This document shows positions 52,109 through 61,733 of a DNA stretch of 64,000 nt, piece by piece. A program made the translations under genes and the position numbers. Origin of the DNA: Corallococcus sp. AB038B (lineage in GTDB: Bacteria > Myxococcota > Myxococcia > Myxococcales > Myxococcaceae); contig NZ_RAWO01000002.1 in NCBI RefSeq assembly GCF_003668955.1, positions 215,605 to 279,604 of the forward strand. Reading direction: 5' to 3'. The notes beneath the pieces are model-generated. The model was not told the origin of the DNA. It did no database searches and saw only the letters and a program-made list of their open reading frames with translations. The first letter of the stretch is position 1; every line of letters begins with the position of its first letter.

Positions 52109-53647
52109 ATGTCCCGACTGCTCCGACTCCTCGTCGTCCTCGGGCCCCTCGCCGTGTCCTCGGTGGCCCTCGCCCAGCAGGACGTGGGCACCTACAACCG
52201 CGCGCTCTCCGCCTTCAACGAAGGCAAGCTCGACACCGCGGCCCCCCTCTTCGCGCAGCTGGCGGAAGGGGAGGACGCGGACCTGAAGGGCAAGGCCGAG
52301 TTCTACCTGGCGCAGACCTTCGCCAAGAAGGACCTGCCCGTCGCGGCCTTCATCTCCTACGCGGCCATCGTCAACGCCGGCCCCGCGCACCCCTCGTACC
52401 TCAAGGCCATCGAGGGGCTGGTGGACATGCAACAGCGGCTGGATGAGCAGAACCTCATCCCCAGCATCCTCAACCAGGCCTACACCGACGAGGTGCGCGA
52501 CCGCTGGGTCACGCTGCCCAAGGAGGTGCTCGCGCGCATCAACTACCTGGTCGGCACCGCCAGCCAGCGCCGCATGCGCTTCGAAGAGTCCCGCTCGCTC
52601 CTGGAGGCCGTGCCCGCCGACAGCCGCGTCTACGCGAAGGCCCGCTACCTGTTGGGCACCGTGCTCGCGGACCCGCGCTTCCCGGGGCGTCCCGGGGAAG
52701 GGGAGACGCTGGACAAGGAGGCCATCGCCGCGGTCCAGGCCGTGCTCAACACCAAGGAGCCGCAGGTGGAGCTGCCGGAGACGCGCGAGCTGGCGCTGCT
52801 GGCGCTGGGCCGCGTGCACTACCGTCGCGGTGAGTACGCGGACGCGGTGAAGGCGTACGAAGGCGTGCCCCGTTACGCTCGCTTCTGGGACCAGGCCCTG
52901 TTCGAGAACGGCTTCGCCCGCTTCCAGAACGAGGACTTCGGCGGTGCGCTGGGCAGCCTCCAGGCGCTGCACGCGCCGCAGTTCGAGGGCGCCTTCCAGC
53001 CCGAGTCGTGGATCCTCAAGGCGACCGTCTATTACTACTCGTGCCTCTACGACGAGGTGAAGACGACGCTCGCCGCGTTCGACGAGCGCTATGGCCCCAT
53101 GGCCAAGCAGCTGGAGCCCTTCACCGGCGAGGACGTGGCGCCCATCCAGGCCTTCAACCTGGTGGCCTCCGAGAACCGCCGCCTGCCGCGCGCCGTCTAC
53201 CTGTGGATCCGCAACAACGAGCGCATCCGTGAAGTGATGCGGACCCTGTCGCGCGTGGACCAGGAGAAGCGCGCCATCAGTGAAGGGCCGTGGCGCGGGA
53301 CGCCGTTCGCCGCGCAGACGGTGGCGTCGCTCGAGGACATCCGCACCACGCTGCTCCAGGTGGGCGGAACGCTGGCGAAGAACCGCATCAAGGAGGCCGC
53401 GGACAACCTCCGCACCTTCTCCGACCAGGCGGAGATCATCCGCGTGCAGACGGCGCTGGATGAGAAGGACCTCTTCTCCGAGGGCGTGGACCAGAAGGCG
53501 CTGCTCACCCGCCAGACGCTCTACCGCCCGAAGATGCCCGGCGCGGCGTGGAACTACTGGCGCTTCCAGGGCGAGTTCTGGATCGACGAAATTGGCTACT
53601 ATCAGTACACGCTCAAGCGGGGCTGCCCCGCACGGCAAGAGAAGTAG
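52109..53647 (+). CDS. nfsC: Periplasmic TPR-repeat protein, NfsC/GltC-family
   Basis: Signal peptide 'MSRLLRLLVVLGPLAVSSVALAQQ', TPR-like helical repeats. ATG 52109 lies 2 nt after the nfsB stop. Confidence 0.6.
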   Translation: MSRLLRLLVVLGPLAVSSVALAQQDVGTYNRALSAFNEGKLDTAAPLFAQLAEGEDADLKGKAEFYLAQTFAKKDLPVAAFISYAAIVNAGPAHPSYLKAIEGLVDMQQRLDEQNLIPSILNQAYTDEVRDRWVTLPKEVLARINYLVGTASQRRMRFEESRSLLEAVPADSRVYAKARYLLGTVLADPRFPGRPGEGETLDKEAIAAVQAVLNTKEPQVELPETRELALLALGRVHYRRGEYADAVKAYEGVPRYARFWDQALFENGFARFQNEDFGGALGSLQALHAPQFEGAFQPESWILKATVYYYSCLYDEVKTTLAAFDERYGPMAKQLEPFTGEDVAPIQAFNLVASENRRLPRAVYLWIRNNERIREVMRTLSRVDQEKRAISEGPWRGTPFAAQTVASLEDIRTTLLQVGGTLAKNRIKEAADNLRTFSDQAEIIRVQTALDEKDLFSEGVDQKALLTRQTLYRPKMPGAAWNYWRFQGEFWIDEIGYYQYTLKRGCPARQEK

Positions 53648-53692
53648 GCAAGTAGGAGCCGGTCGCACCCGGCCGCCATGAGCAGCACCCAA

Positions 53693-53734
53693 GAGGCCCC
53701 GCCACCGTGCGTTTGTCACGGGGGACGGGGCCTC
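53693..53734 (+). other. Nested hairpin (outer 9-bp GAGGCCCCG/CGGGGCCTC, inner 5-bp CCGTG/CACGG) in nfsC-nfsD intergenic region
   Basis: Read directly. Followed by TTCGCGTGATGTT. Possible attenuator or RNA-processing structure. Confidence 0.35.
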
Positions 53735-53906
53735 TTCGCGTGATGTTGAGTCCTGGAAGGTGGCTCGGCGTGATCGCGTACGCCGGGGCACAAGGCACGT
53801 TCCGGGCCACTTCTCAATCTGGGTACCCGCGTCTACTTTCCGTCGTCCCTCCCAATTGGGCAGAAGTTTTCCCAGGCAGGCGAGGCGCGGTTCTCCAGGA
53901 GCTCGC

Positions 53907-56900
53907 ATGAAGGTGGTTCTTCGGTTCGGTGCACTGGCGGTGGGCGTCGCGCTCGCGGCTGGTGGGGTGGGGGAGGCGGCGGAGGAGACGGCACCGCCGC
54001 GGAAGGTGGCGACGAAGAAGTCCTCTTCGAAGGCAGCGGCCAAGAAGGCCGAGGCCGCGAGCAAGAAGGACAAGGAGGAGGCGAAGAAGGCGGAGCTGCC
54101 GCCCGGCGTGGCGCCCCAGGACATGCGCAAGGGCCCGGCGCGGGTGAAGCCCGCCACGGCCAAGTTCGCGGACATGCCGCGCATCGCGGACTCCAAGAAG
54201 GACGCGCTCGCGGACAAGAAGCGCGACGAGGCCATTGAAGGCTTCAAGCGCCTCATCCCCAAGCTGCAGGAGACCTCCACGCAGAAGGCGGAGATGCAGT
54301 ACCGCCTGTCGGAGCTCTACTGGGAGAAGTCCAAGTACCTCTACCAGCTGGAGATGGAGAAGTTCCTCACGGCGGAGAAGGCCTACGACGCCGCCGTGGC
54401 GCGCGGTGAGAAGGCGACCGCGCCGGAGCAGGACCACCGCGACTCCGAGCGCTACCGCGCGGAGACGATGCGCATCTACGAGGCCATCCTCAGCGAGTAC
54501 CCGGACTACCCGGCCCGCGACGAGGTCCTCTTCTCCCTGGGCTACAACCTCTACGACCTCAACCGCCGCGCGGACGCGGTGGCTCGGTACGAGGAGCTGA
54601 TCCGCGACTTCCCGAAGTCGCAGTTCGTCCCGGACGCGTACATCCAGCTGGGCAACCACTACTTCGAGAACAACAAGCTCGCGCCCGCGAAGGAGAACTA
54701 CGAGAAGGCGCGCGCCTCCGGTGTTCCGAAGATCTACGCCTACGCCACCTACAAGCTGTCCTGGTGTGACTTCAACGCGGGCGACCTGGACGCGGGCCTG
54801 AAGAAGCTCCACGAGGTGGTGGACTACGCCAGCCAGCGCGGCGAGGAGCTGGGCGACCTGCGCACGGAGGCCCTCAACGACCTCACCGTGTTCTACGTCC
54901 AGCTGGATCAGCCGAAGGAGGCGCTCGCCTACTTCAAGCAGAAGGCTCCGGCCAAGCGTCAGGGCCGGCTGCTCGCGAAGACGGCGGCGGGCCTGGTGGA
55001 CGCGGGTCACTTCGACAGCGCCATCCTGGTGTACCGCACGCTCATCGACGACTCGCCCATGGGCGCGAACGCGCCGGAGTACCAGCAGGCGGTGGTGCGT
55101 GCGTTCGAGGGCCTGCGCCAGCGTCAGCAGGTCCGCAAGGAGATGAAGCGGATGGTGGACCTCTACCGCCCCGGTGGCGAGTGGTGGACCTCCAACGCCA
55201 GCAACGCGGGCGTGTTGCGCAACGCCTTCAGCGTCACCGAAGAGGCCATGCGCGTGATGGTCACCGAGTACCACCAGGAGGCGCAGAAGACGCGCCAGGT
55301 GGAGACCTACCGGCTCGCGCGCGACATCTACAAGCAGTACGTGGACGCGTTCGCCTCCAGCGACAATCCGGAGTTCGTGGCGGACTCCGCCTTCAACATC
55401 CGCTTCTTCTACGCGGAAATCCTCTGGGCCCTGGAGGAGTGGGAGGCCGCCGCCGGTGAGTACGACGCCGTGGTGGCGTTCAAGATTCCGGACCGCGACT
55501 CCGCGAAGGAGGTCTCCAACGAGGCCTACCGCAAGAGCGCCTCGTACAACGCGGTGCTCGCGTACGACAAGCTCGTCAAGATCGAGCGCGGCCAGCTCTC
55601 CAAGAGCGACCTGAAGGACGGCCAGAAGGTCGACGAGAAGAAGGACAAGGGCGACGTCGCCAAGCAGAAGCTGGTGAAGCGCGACGCCAAGGAGCAGGCG
55701 GAGCAGTCCCTCACCAAGTTCGAGGACCGTCTGGTCGCCGCGTGCGACACGTACAACAACCTCTACCCGGGCAACCAGGATGAGATCGACCTGCGCTACC
55801 AGGCCGCCGTCATCCTCTACGACCGCGCGCACTTCGTGGACGCGGCCCGCCGCTTCGGGGAGATCATCGAGAAGTTCCCGGAGGAGCGCCGCTCGCGCGA
55901 CGCCGCGGACCTGACCATGTACGTGCTGGAGAGCCGCGAGGAGTGGCAGGAGCTCAACACGCTCTCGCGTAAGTTCCTGGGCAACAAGAAGCTGTCCAAG
56001 CCCGGTTCGGACTTCGCCCTGCGCGTGTCCCGCGTCGTGGAGGGCAGCCAGTACAAGTACGTGGATGAGGTCGTCTACAAGAAGGAGAAGAACCCGGCGA
56101 AGGCCGCCGAGGAGTTCCTCACCTTCGTGACGGAGTTCCCCAAGTCGGAGAACGCGGACCGCGCGCTCACCTACGCGATGGTCATCGCGCAGGAGGCCGG
56201 TGAAGTCGACAAGGGCATCATCGCTGGCGAGCGCGTCCTCAAGGAGTACCCGAACAGCAGCTTCGAGCTGAAGACGCGCTACACGCTGTCCGGCCTCTAC
56301 GAGAAGGTCGCCGAGTTCAAGAAGGCCGCGGCCATGTCCGAGTCCTTCGTGGCCGAGTACGACGCGGCCATCAAGGCCCGCGAGACGCAATCGAAGAAGG
56401 GCAAGGAGAAGGCCAAGGCCACCACCGTCGCGAAGAAGGACGACACGCCGGGCGCCGTGGAGGACGTGGAGTCCAAGCGCTCGCAGAAGGCCGCCGAGCT
56501 CAAGGCGCAGGTGGACGCGGCGGGCGAGTGGGTGGCGGATGCCCTCTTCAACGCGGGCGTCTGGTACGACGGCCTGGGCGAGTCCCAGAAGGCCGTCACC
56601 GCGTGGAACAACTACCTGGCGCGCTTCAAGGACCGCAAGGACGTGCCGCAGGTGGCCTTCTCCATCGGCCTGGTCTGGGAGAAGGAGAAGAAGTGGGGCG
56701 ACGCGGCCCGCGCCTTCAACCGGTTCGTGGAGGACTACGGCCGCGACTCGCGCACCGCCGCGGGGCAGGCGTACCTGGCGCGGTACCACGAGCTGCTCTC
56801 GTACCAGAAGCTGAAGGACGTGCGCGGTCAGGAGAAGGCGCAGGACGAACTGGTGCGCGGCTGGAACAAGCTCGCGGAGGGCGTGCGCAAGGACACCGCG

Positions 56901-57560
56901 GTGCTCAACGCGTACGGCCACGCGCGCTTCCTGGCGCTGGAGCCCACGTGGAAGCGCTTCGCGGACATCAAGTTCACGCGCGTCTCCACCATCCGCCGCG
57001 ACCTGACGAACAAGCAGAAGGAGATGCAGCGCGTGGAGAAGGAGTACGCGGCGGTGCTCGCCACGGGCTCCGGCGAGTGGGGCATCGCGGCGCTGACCCG
57101 CATCGGCCTCGCGTACGCGGACTTCGCTCGCAACATCATGGACTCGCCGGATCCGTCCGGTCTGGATGAAGAGCAGCTCAGCATGTACCGCGGCGAGCTG
57201 GAGAACCTGGCGCTTCCGCTGGAGGACAAGTCCAGCGAGGCCCTGGAGAAGGGTCTCCAGAAGGCCTACGAACTGGGCATCTACAGCGAGTGGACCCTGG
57301 CCGCGCAGGATCAGATCAACCGCCTGCGCCCGGGTGCCTACGCCCAGGTGAAGCCGGTGACGTACCGGGGCAGCAGTGATTCGCGCATCGCCTCGGGCGT
57401 GCTGAAGGACCTCAACGGCCCCATCAGCGCCTCCGTGGATCCGAAGCCCGCCGCGCCGGAAACCGTGCCCGCAGAGGGCACGAAGCCGGCCGCCACACCG
57501 GAGGGCTCGGAGCCCGCGAAGTCTGAGCCCACCGCGTCGCTCGAGGGGGTGCGGCCGTGA
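53907..57560 (+). CDS. nfsD: Large TPR-repeat protein (1217 aa), NfsD/GltD(AgmU)-family
   Basis: ATG 53907 'MKVVLRFGALAVGVALAAGG' (signal/anchor), Lys/Ala-rich segment, then TPR-like repeats throughout. Size matches the ~1.2-kDa-aa AgmU/NfsD class. Confidence 0.6.
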   Translation: MKVVLRFGALAVGVALAAGGVGEAAEETAPPRKVATKKSSSKAAAKKAEAASKKDKEEAKKAELPPGVAPQDMRKGPARVKPATAKFADMPRIADSKKDALADKKRDEAIEGFKRLIPKLQETSTQKAEMQYRLSELYWEKSKYLYQLEMEKFLTAEKAYDAAVARGEKATAPEQDHRDSERYRAETMRIYEAILSEYPDYPARDEVLFSLGYNLYDLNRRADAVARYEELIRDFPKSQFVPDAYIQLGNHYFENNKLAPAKENYEKARASGVPKIYAYATYKLSWCDFNAGDLDAGLKKLHEVVDYASQRGEELGDLRTEALNDLTVFYVQLDQPKEALAYFKQKAPAKRQGRLLAKTAAGLVDAGHFDSAILVYRTLIDDSPMGANAPEYQQAVVRAFEGLRQRQQVRKEMKRMVDLYRPGGEWWTSNASNAGVLRNAFSVTEEAMRVMVTEYHQEAQKTRQVETYRLARDIYKQYVDAFASSDNPEFVADSAFNIRFFYAEILWALEEWEAAAGEYDAVVAFKIPDRDSAKEVSNEAYRKSASYNAVLAYDKLVKIERGQLSKSDLKDGQKVDEKKDKGDVAKQKLVKRDAKEQAEQSLTKFEDRLVAACDTYNNLYPGNQDEIDLRYQAAVILYDRAHFVDAARRFGEIIEKFPEERRSRDAADLTMYVLESREEWQELNTLSRKFLGNKKLSKPGSDFALRVSRVVEGSQYKYVDEVVYKKEKNPAKAAEEFLTFVTEFPKSENADRALTYAMVIAQEAGEVDKGIIAGERVLKEYPNSSFELKTRYTLSGLYEKVAEFKKAAAMSESFVAEYDAAIKARETQSKKGKEKAKATTVAKKDDTPGAVEDVESKRSQKAAELKAQVDAAGEWVADALFNAGVWYDGLGESQKAVTAWNNYLARFKDRKDVPQVAFSIGLVWEKEKKWGDAARAFNRFVEDYGRDSRTAAGQAYLARYHELLSYQKLKDVRGQEKAQDELVRGWNKLAEGVRKDTAVLNAYGHARFLALEPTWKRFADIKFTRVSTIRRDLTNKQKEMQRVEKEYAAVLATGSGEWGIAALTRIGLAYADFARNIMDSPDPSGLDEEQLSMYRGELENLALPLEDKSSEALEKGLQKAYELGIYSEWTLAAQDQINRLRPGAYAQVKPVTYRGSSDSRIASGVLKDLNGPISASVDPKPAAPETVPAEGTKPAATPEGSEPAKSEPTASLEGVRP

Positions 57561-57601
57561 AGACGAACCACAGCATCGACATCAGCAGCCAGTTGAAGGG
57601 G

Positions 57602-59014
57602 ATGGGGACGACGGGGATGAACGGCTTTCGCACCAAGCGCATGTTCCTGGCGGGGGCCTTCGCCTTCGCCTTCACCACGGCCTGCGCCACGGGCCCCAGG
57701 CCCACGCCCGTCGCGATGAACGCGGTGGAGAAGCCCGCCGTCACGGTCCCCGCCGCCGCGCCCCCTTCCGCTCCGGCGGAGAAGGGCGACGCGGACGGCC
57801 AGTTCGCGCAGGCCCTGAAGGCCTACGAGGCTGGGGACCTGGAAGCCGCTCGCAAGGGCTTCGAGGCCGTCGTCTCCCATGAGCCCAAGGCGCTCAACGC
57901 GCGCTTCAACCTGGGCGTCATCGCGGAGAAGCAGGGCCGCCCGGCGGACGCCCGCGTGGCGTACGAGCAGGTGCTCGCCTTGAACCCGGCGCACACGCCG
58001 TCCGTGATGAACCTGGGGCTGATGCACCGGCACGCGGGCCAGCTGGACGAGGCCCTCGCGCTGTACACGAAGGCGCTCCAGACGCCGGGCCATGAACACG
58101 ACGAGCCCGTGCTCAACGCGCTGGCCGCGACGTACCGGCTGGCGGGCAAGCTGGATGAAGCCGAGGCCACCGGCCGGCGCGTGCTCGCGCGCAGCAAGGA
58201 CAACCCGGAGGCGTACAAGACGCTGGCGCTGGTGGCGTACGACCGCGGCCAGTACCGCCTGGCGGAGCTGCTGGTCATCAACGCGCGCAAGGTGGCGCAG
58301 GACGACCCGGCCATCTCCAACACGCTGGGGATGATCTACCTGAAGATGGATGACCGCCCGCGCGCCCTGGCCCAGTTCCAGAAGGCCGTGTCGCTGGATG
58401 ACAACTTCGCGCCCGGCCACCTCAACCTGGGCGCCCTGGCGCTGAGCTACCGCGACTACGCGGGCGCGGAGAAGGCCTTCACCAAGGCCCTGTCCCTGGA
58501 GCCGGACGGCCTGGAGGGCCAGCTGTACCTGGCGTACGCGCTGGACGGGCAGAAGGGCCTGGATCCGAAGAAGGGCGTGGCCGCGGGCGAGGCGTTCGAG
58601 AAGGTGCTCGCGCGCTCCGCGGACAAGCCGGAGGCGGTGTGCGGCGCGGGCTGGGCGTACGCGACCGAGCGCGGGGGCTTCGAGAAGGCCATCGCGTTCC
58701 TGGACCGCTGCAAGGAGCTGTCGTCCACGACGGATCAGGACAAGCAGCTCATCACCGCCAAGGTGAACGGCCTGCAGAACATGCTCAAGAACCCGCCGCC
58801 GGCTCCGGCTCCGGCCGCCACCGCGGAGGCCGAGGGCGAGGAGAAGAAGGACGCCGCCGCCACCGGGGGCGCGGGCTCGTCCATGATGAACCAGCTGCCC
58901 CAGGACACCAGCGCTCCCGAGCAGGAGGCTCCGGCGGAAGCGCCGGCTGCCCCCGCGTCCGACGATGCGTCCGGCAATGGACAGACGGCTCCGACGCCTG
59001 CTCCGACGCCCTGA
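57602..59014 (+). CDS. nfsE: TPR lipoprotein, NfsE/GltE(AglT)-family
   Basis: Lipoprotein signal '...KRMFLAGAFAFAFTTAC' and TPR repeats. The upstream GTG 57557 overlaps the nfsD stop (GTGA), but the signal peptide requires a start at ATG 57602 or 57617. C-terminal Pro/Ala-rich tail. Confidence 0.55.
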   Translation: MGTTGMNGFRTKRMFLAGAFAFAFTTACATGPRPTPVAMNAVEKPAVTVPAAAPPSAPAEKGDADGQFAQALKAYEAGDLEAARKGFEAVVSHEPKALNARFNLGVIAEKQGRPADARVAYEQVLALNPAHTPSVMNLGLMHRHAGQLDEALALYTKALQTPGHEHDEPVLNALAATYRLAGKLDEAEATGRRVLARSKDNPEAYKTLALVAYDRGQYRLAELLVINARKVAQDDPAISNTLGMIYLKMDDRPRALAQFQKAVSLDDNFAPGHLNLGALALSYRDYAGAEKAFTKALSLEPDGLEGQLYLAYALDGQKGLDPKKGVAAGEAFEKVLARSADKPEAVCGAGWAYATERGGFEKAIAFLDRCKELSSTTDQDKQLITAKVNGLQNMLKNPPPAPAPAATAEAEGEEKKDAAATGGAGSSMMNQLPQDTSAPEQEAPAEAPAAPASDDASGNGQTAPTPAPTP

Positions 59015-59173
59015 AGAAACAACAGTCGTCCCAGCGGGGAGGACGAGAACTTTCTTCCCGCCTTTAGCCGCCCAGGTGCAAGCGACCGGGCGGCTCCCTT
59101 AGAATCCAGGGACTTGGAGTTGGTGCGAGCCCTGCAATGGAATTCGCGAAGCGGGCCTCGGCGGAGACATCAC

Positions 59174-59458
59174 ATGAAACGACTGCTGGCAGCGATGGTG
59201 ATGGTGGGGGGGCTGGGGGTGGCGGCTCCCGCCCTGGCGCAGGACGGCAAGGACTCGGTGAAGATCATCCAGGAGGAGGATCGCACCGTGTACCGCAAGA
59301 AGACGGTGATTGATTTCACGGATGTGGCGGTGGAGGGCGAGCTCACGAAGCCGGAAGGCTCCTACGTCCTCAACCGCAAGAAGACGGATTTCCAAAGCCT
59401 CATCAAGGTCCGGGAGAACTTCGACCCGGAGCTTCAGAAGTCGGCGGACAATCTCTAG
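59174..59458 (+). CDS. nfsF: Small secreted protein (94 aa), NfsF/GltF-family
   Basis: ATG 59174 with GGAGAC upstream. Signal peptide 'MKRLLAAMVMVGGLGVAAPALAQ'. Confidence 0.5.
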   Translation: MKRLLAAMVMVGGLGVAAPALAQDGKDSVKIIQEEDRTVYRKKTVIDFTDVAVEGELTKPEGSYVLNRKKTDFQSLIKVRENFDPELQKSADNL

Positions 59459-59514
59459 ACAGCACAGGTGGCGTTGAACGTTTTCGGGACGGGAAGGGAA
59501 GAAGGAAGAACTTC

Positions 59515-61584
59515 ATGGCGGCGGCGAGAAAAAACGGTTTGACGCTTCGAATCACCACCCCGGACGGCTCCATCCAGGAGACGGTTTCGGAGGCGGAGAG
59601 TGTCATCGTGGGGTCGGGCGCCCAGGCGGCGGTGAAGATTCAGGATCCGCGCGTGTCCAACCTCCACGTGATGCTGAAGGTGGACAACGATGGCTCCGTG
59701 ACGGCCATCGATCTGGGCAGTGAAGGCGGCACCCAGGTGTCCGGGCAGAAGCTCATCATCCCCACGGCGCTCAAGCCCGGGGACGTGCTCACGGTGGGCA
59801 CATCAAGGGTGGAGGTGCTCTTCGGTGAGGTGCCCCGGCCGGTGGCTCCGGCGGCGGCGGTGGCGCAGCCCGGCGTGTTCCAGCAGCGGCCGGTGATGCC
59901 TCCGGCGCCTCCGGTGGCCCATTCGGCTCCGGTGTCGCACGCGGCTCCGGTGCCTCCCAACATGCGGCAGGCTCCGCCTCAGCGGCCCGCGATGAGCGCG
60001 GCGCCCACCAACGTGGTGGGCACGGTGAGCACGCCGCGCTCCGCTCCGGCGGGCGCGCTGGGCACGCAGGTGTCCCAGAACGTGACGTCCACCCCGGTGT
60101 TCGGCCCTCCGCCGCCTCCGGTGGCTGCGCGCAAGGCCACGCCGCCCCAGGTGGCCGCGGCCCGCAAGCCGCAGCCTCCGCCGCACCTGCAGGAGCCTCT
60201 GCCCCGGGACGCGCAGCCCACGCCCGACGCGAAGGTGCTCCAGGTGTCCATGCTCTGGGGCGACCAGATGCTGGAGGTCCAGCACTTCAAGGACGGCGCA
60301 CCGGTCACCATCGGCGAGGGCGCGAAGAACACCTTCACCGTCTTCTCTCCGCAGGTGGGCAAGCGCCACGTGCTAGCGGTGAGCAAGGGCGACAAGGTAG
60401 AGCTGCGCGCTCCGGCGGGCTCCGGCGTCTTCGTCACCAACAATGGCGATGTCCGCACGAAGGACGCGCTGCGCGCCGCGGGTCAGCTCAACAACGCCAC
60501 GTCGGAACAGGAGCAGCTCTTCACGCTGGGCCTGCATGACCGTGCGGAGGTGTCGCTGGGCACGGTGGCGTTCGTGATGCGCTACGTGAAGCCGTCGCCG
60601 GCCATCCTGGCGACGTCGCTGTCGGACCGCGACTTCGGCTTCTTCAAGATCGCCGCCATCTGCATCCTCGCGGCGGCGGCGTTCGTCGCGGCCATGCTGC
60701 TGACGCCGCACACGGAGACGAAGTCCGCGGACGACGTCTTCGAGTCCCAGCAGCGCGTGGCCAAGTTCCTCATCACCCCGGAGAAGAAGGTGGAGGCGAA
60801 GAAGCTCCAGCTCTCCGGCGTGGAGGAGGGGGCCAAGGCCAAGGACGAAGAGGGCAAGTTCGGCAAGGAGGAGGCGAAGCAGGAGGAGGCCGCGCCCTCC
60901 AAGCCGGGCACCCAGGTGGTGGACAAGTCCAAGAAGGAGAAGGACCGCCAGGTGGTGGGCAAGGTCGGTCTGCTCGGCGCGCTCAAGGGCATGAAGGGTG
61001 GCGCTTCCGACGTGTTCGGTCCGGGCGGCATCGGCACCGGCATCAACAACTCGCTGGGCGGCCTCAAGGGCGGCGCGGCCATGGGTGACGCGCACGGCGT
61101 GGGCGGCCTGGGTTCGCGTGGCACGGGCAACGGCGGTGGTGGCACGGCGCTGGGCATCGGCGGCCTGGGCACCCAGGGCAATGGCCGGGGCACGGGCGGA
61201 TCCGGCGGCATCGACCTGGGCGGCCGTGGCAAGTCCGTCACCAAGGTCATCCCCGGCAAGACGACGGTGATTGGCGGCCTGGACAAGGACGTCATCGCCA
61301 AGGTCATCCGGCGGCACCAGAATGAAATCAAGTACTGCTACGAGTCGGAGCTGAACAAGAACCCGTCGCTGGCCGGCAAGGTCGCGGTGGCCTTCACCAT
61401 CGACCCGGCGGGCGCGGTGGCGGACGCCAGCGTGTCCGAGTCCACGCTGGGCAGCTCTCCCGCGGAGCAGTGCATGATCTCCCGCATCCGCCGCTGGAAG
61501 TTCCCGGAGCCCAAGGGCGGCGGCGTGGTGAACGTGACGTACCCCTGGCTGTTCTCGCCCTCGGGTGCGGACGCCGCTGAGTAG
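59515..61584 (+). CDS. nfsG: FHA-domain / TM / Gly-rich / TonB-C-like protein, NfsG/GltG-family
   Basis: N-terminal FHA-like 'VIVGSGAQAAVKIQDPRVSNLHVMLKVDNDGSVTAIDLGSEGGTQVSGQKL', Pro-rich region, TM 'FFKIAAICILAAAAFVAAMLL', Lys/Glu-rich then Gly-rich low complexity, C-terminal TonB_C-like 'VIAKVIRRHQNEIKYCYESEL...GKVAVAFTIDPAGAV'. Confidence 0.6.
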   Translation: MAAARKNGLTLRITTPDGSIQETVSEAESVIVGSGAQAAVKIQDPRVSNLHVMLKVDNDGSVTAIDLGSEGGTQVSGQKLIIPTALKPGDVLTVGTSRVEVLFGEVPRPVAPAAAVAQPGVFQQRPVMPPAPPVAHSAPVSHAAPVPPNMRQAPPQRPAMSAAPTNVVGTVSTPRSAPAGALGTQVSQNVTSTPVFGPPPPPVAARKATPPQVAAARKPQPPPHLQEPLPRDAQPTPDAKVLQVSMLWGDQMLEVQHFKDGAPVTIGEGAKNTFTVFSPQVGKRHVLAVSKGDKVELRAPAGSGVFVTNNGDVRTKDALRAAGQLNNATSEQEQLFTLGLHDRAEVSLGTVAFVMRYVKPSPAILATSLSDRDFGFFKIAAICILAAAAFVAAMLLTPHTETKSADDVFESQQRVAKFLITPEKKVEAKKLQLSGVEEGAKAKDEEGKFGKEEAKQEEAAPSKPGTQVVDKSKKEKDRQVVGKVGLLGALKGMKGGASDVFGPGGIGTGINNSLGGLKGGAAMGDAHGVGGLGSRGTGNGGGGTALGIGGLGTQGNGRGTGGSGGIDLGGRGKSVTKVIPGKTTVIGGLDKDVIAKVIRRHQNEIKYCYESELNKNPSLAGKVAVAFTIDPAGAVADASVSESTLGSSPAEQCMISRIRRWKFPEPKGGGVVNVTYPWLFSPSGADAAE

Positions 61585-61615
61585 TCCGGGGCGCACTTCG
61601 TAGACTGGAAGACCG

Positions 61616-61655
61616 AAATGGCGTGGACGAAACGGTCCACGCCATTTTCGTTTTT
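61616..61655 (+). terminator. Strong intrinsic terminator: 13-bp perfect stem AAATGGCGTGGAC / GTCCACGCCATTT, loop GAAACG, then TCGTTTTT
   Basis: Read directly, 32 nt after the nfsG stop and ~80 nt before the nfsH start. A-tract upstream and T-tract downstream, so bidirectional-capable. Confidence 0.7.
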
Positions 61656-61733
61656 CCCCGCTGCCGTTTCGTGCCGGGCGTCACTACTGTCCGTGCCACT
61701 GCTGCCAGGCGTGCAAGGGAGCAGGAGGACAAC

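Noticed and set aside
52103-56921. Minus-strand ORFs 52103-54280 (725 aa) and 53814-56921 (1035 aa) across nfsC/nfsD, and 60373-61596 across nfsG
   Set aside because: Antisense to genes with signal peptides, TPR repeats and syntenic context. The composition is typical of GC-rich reverse frames.
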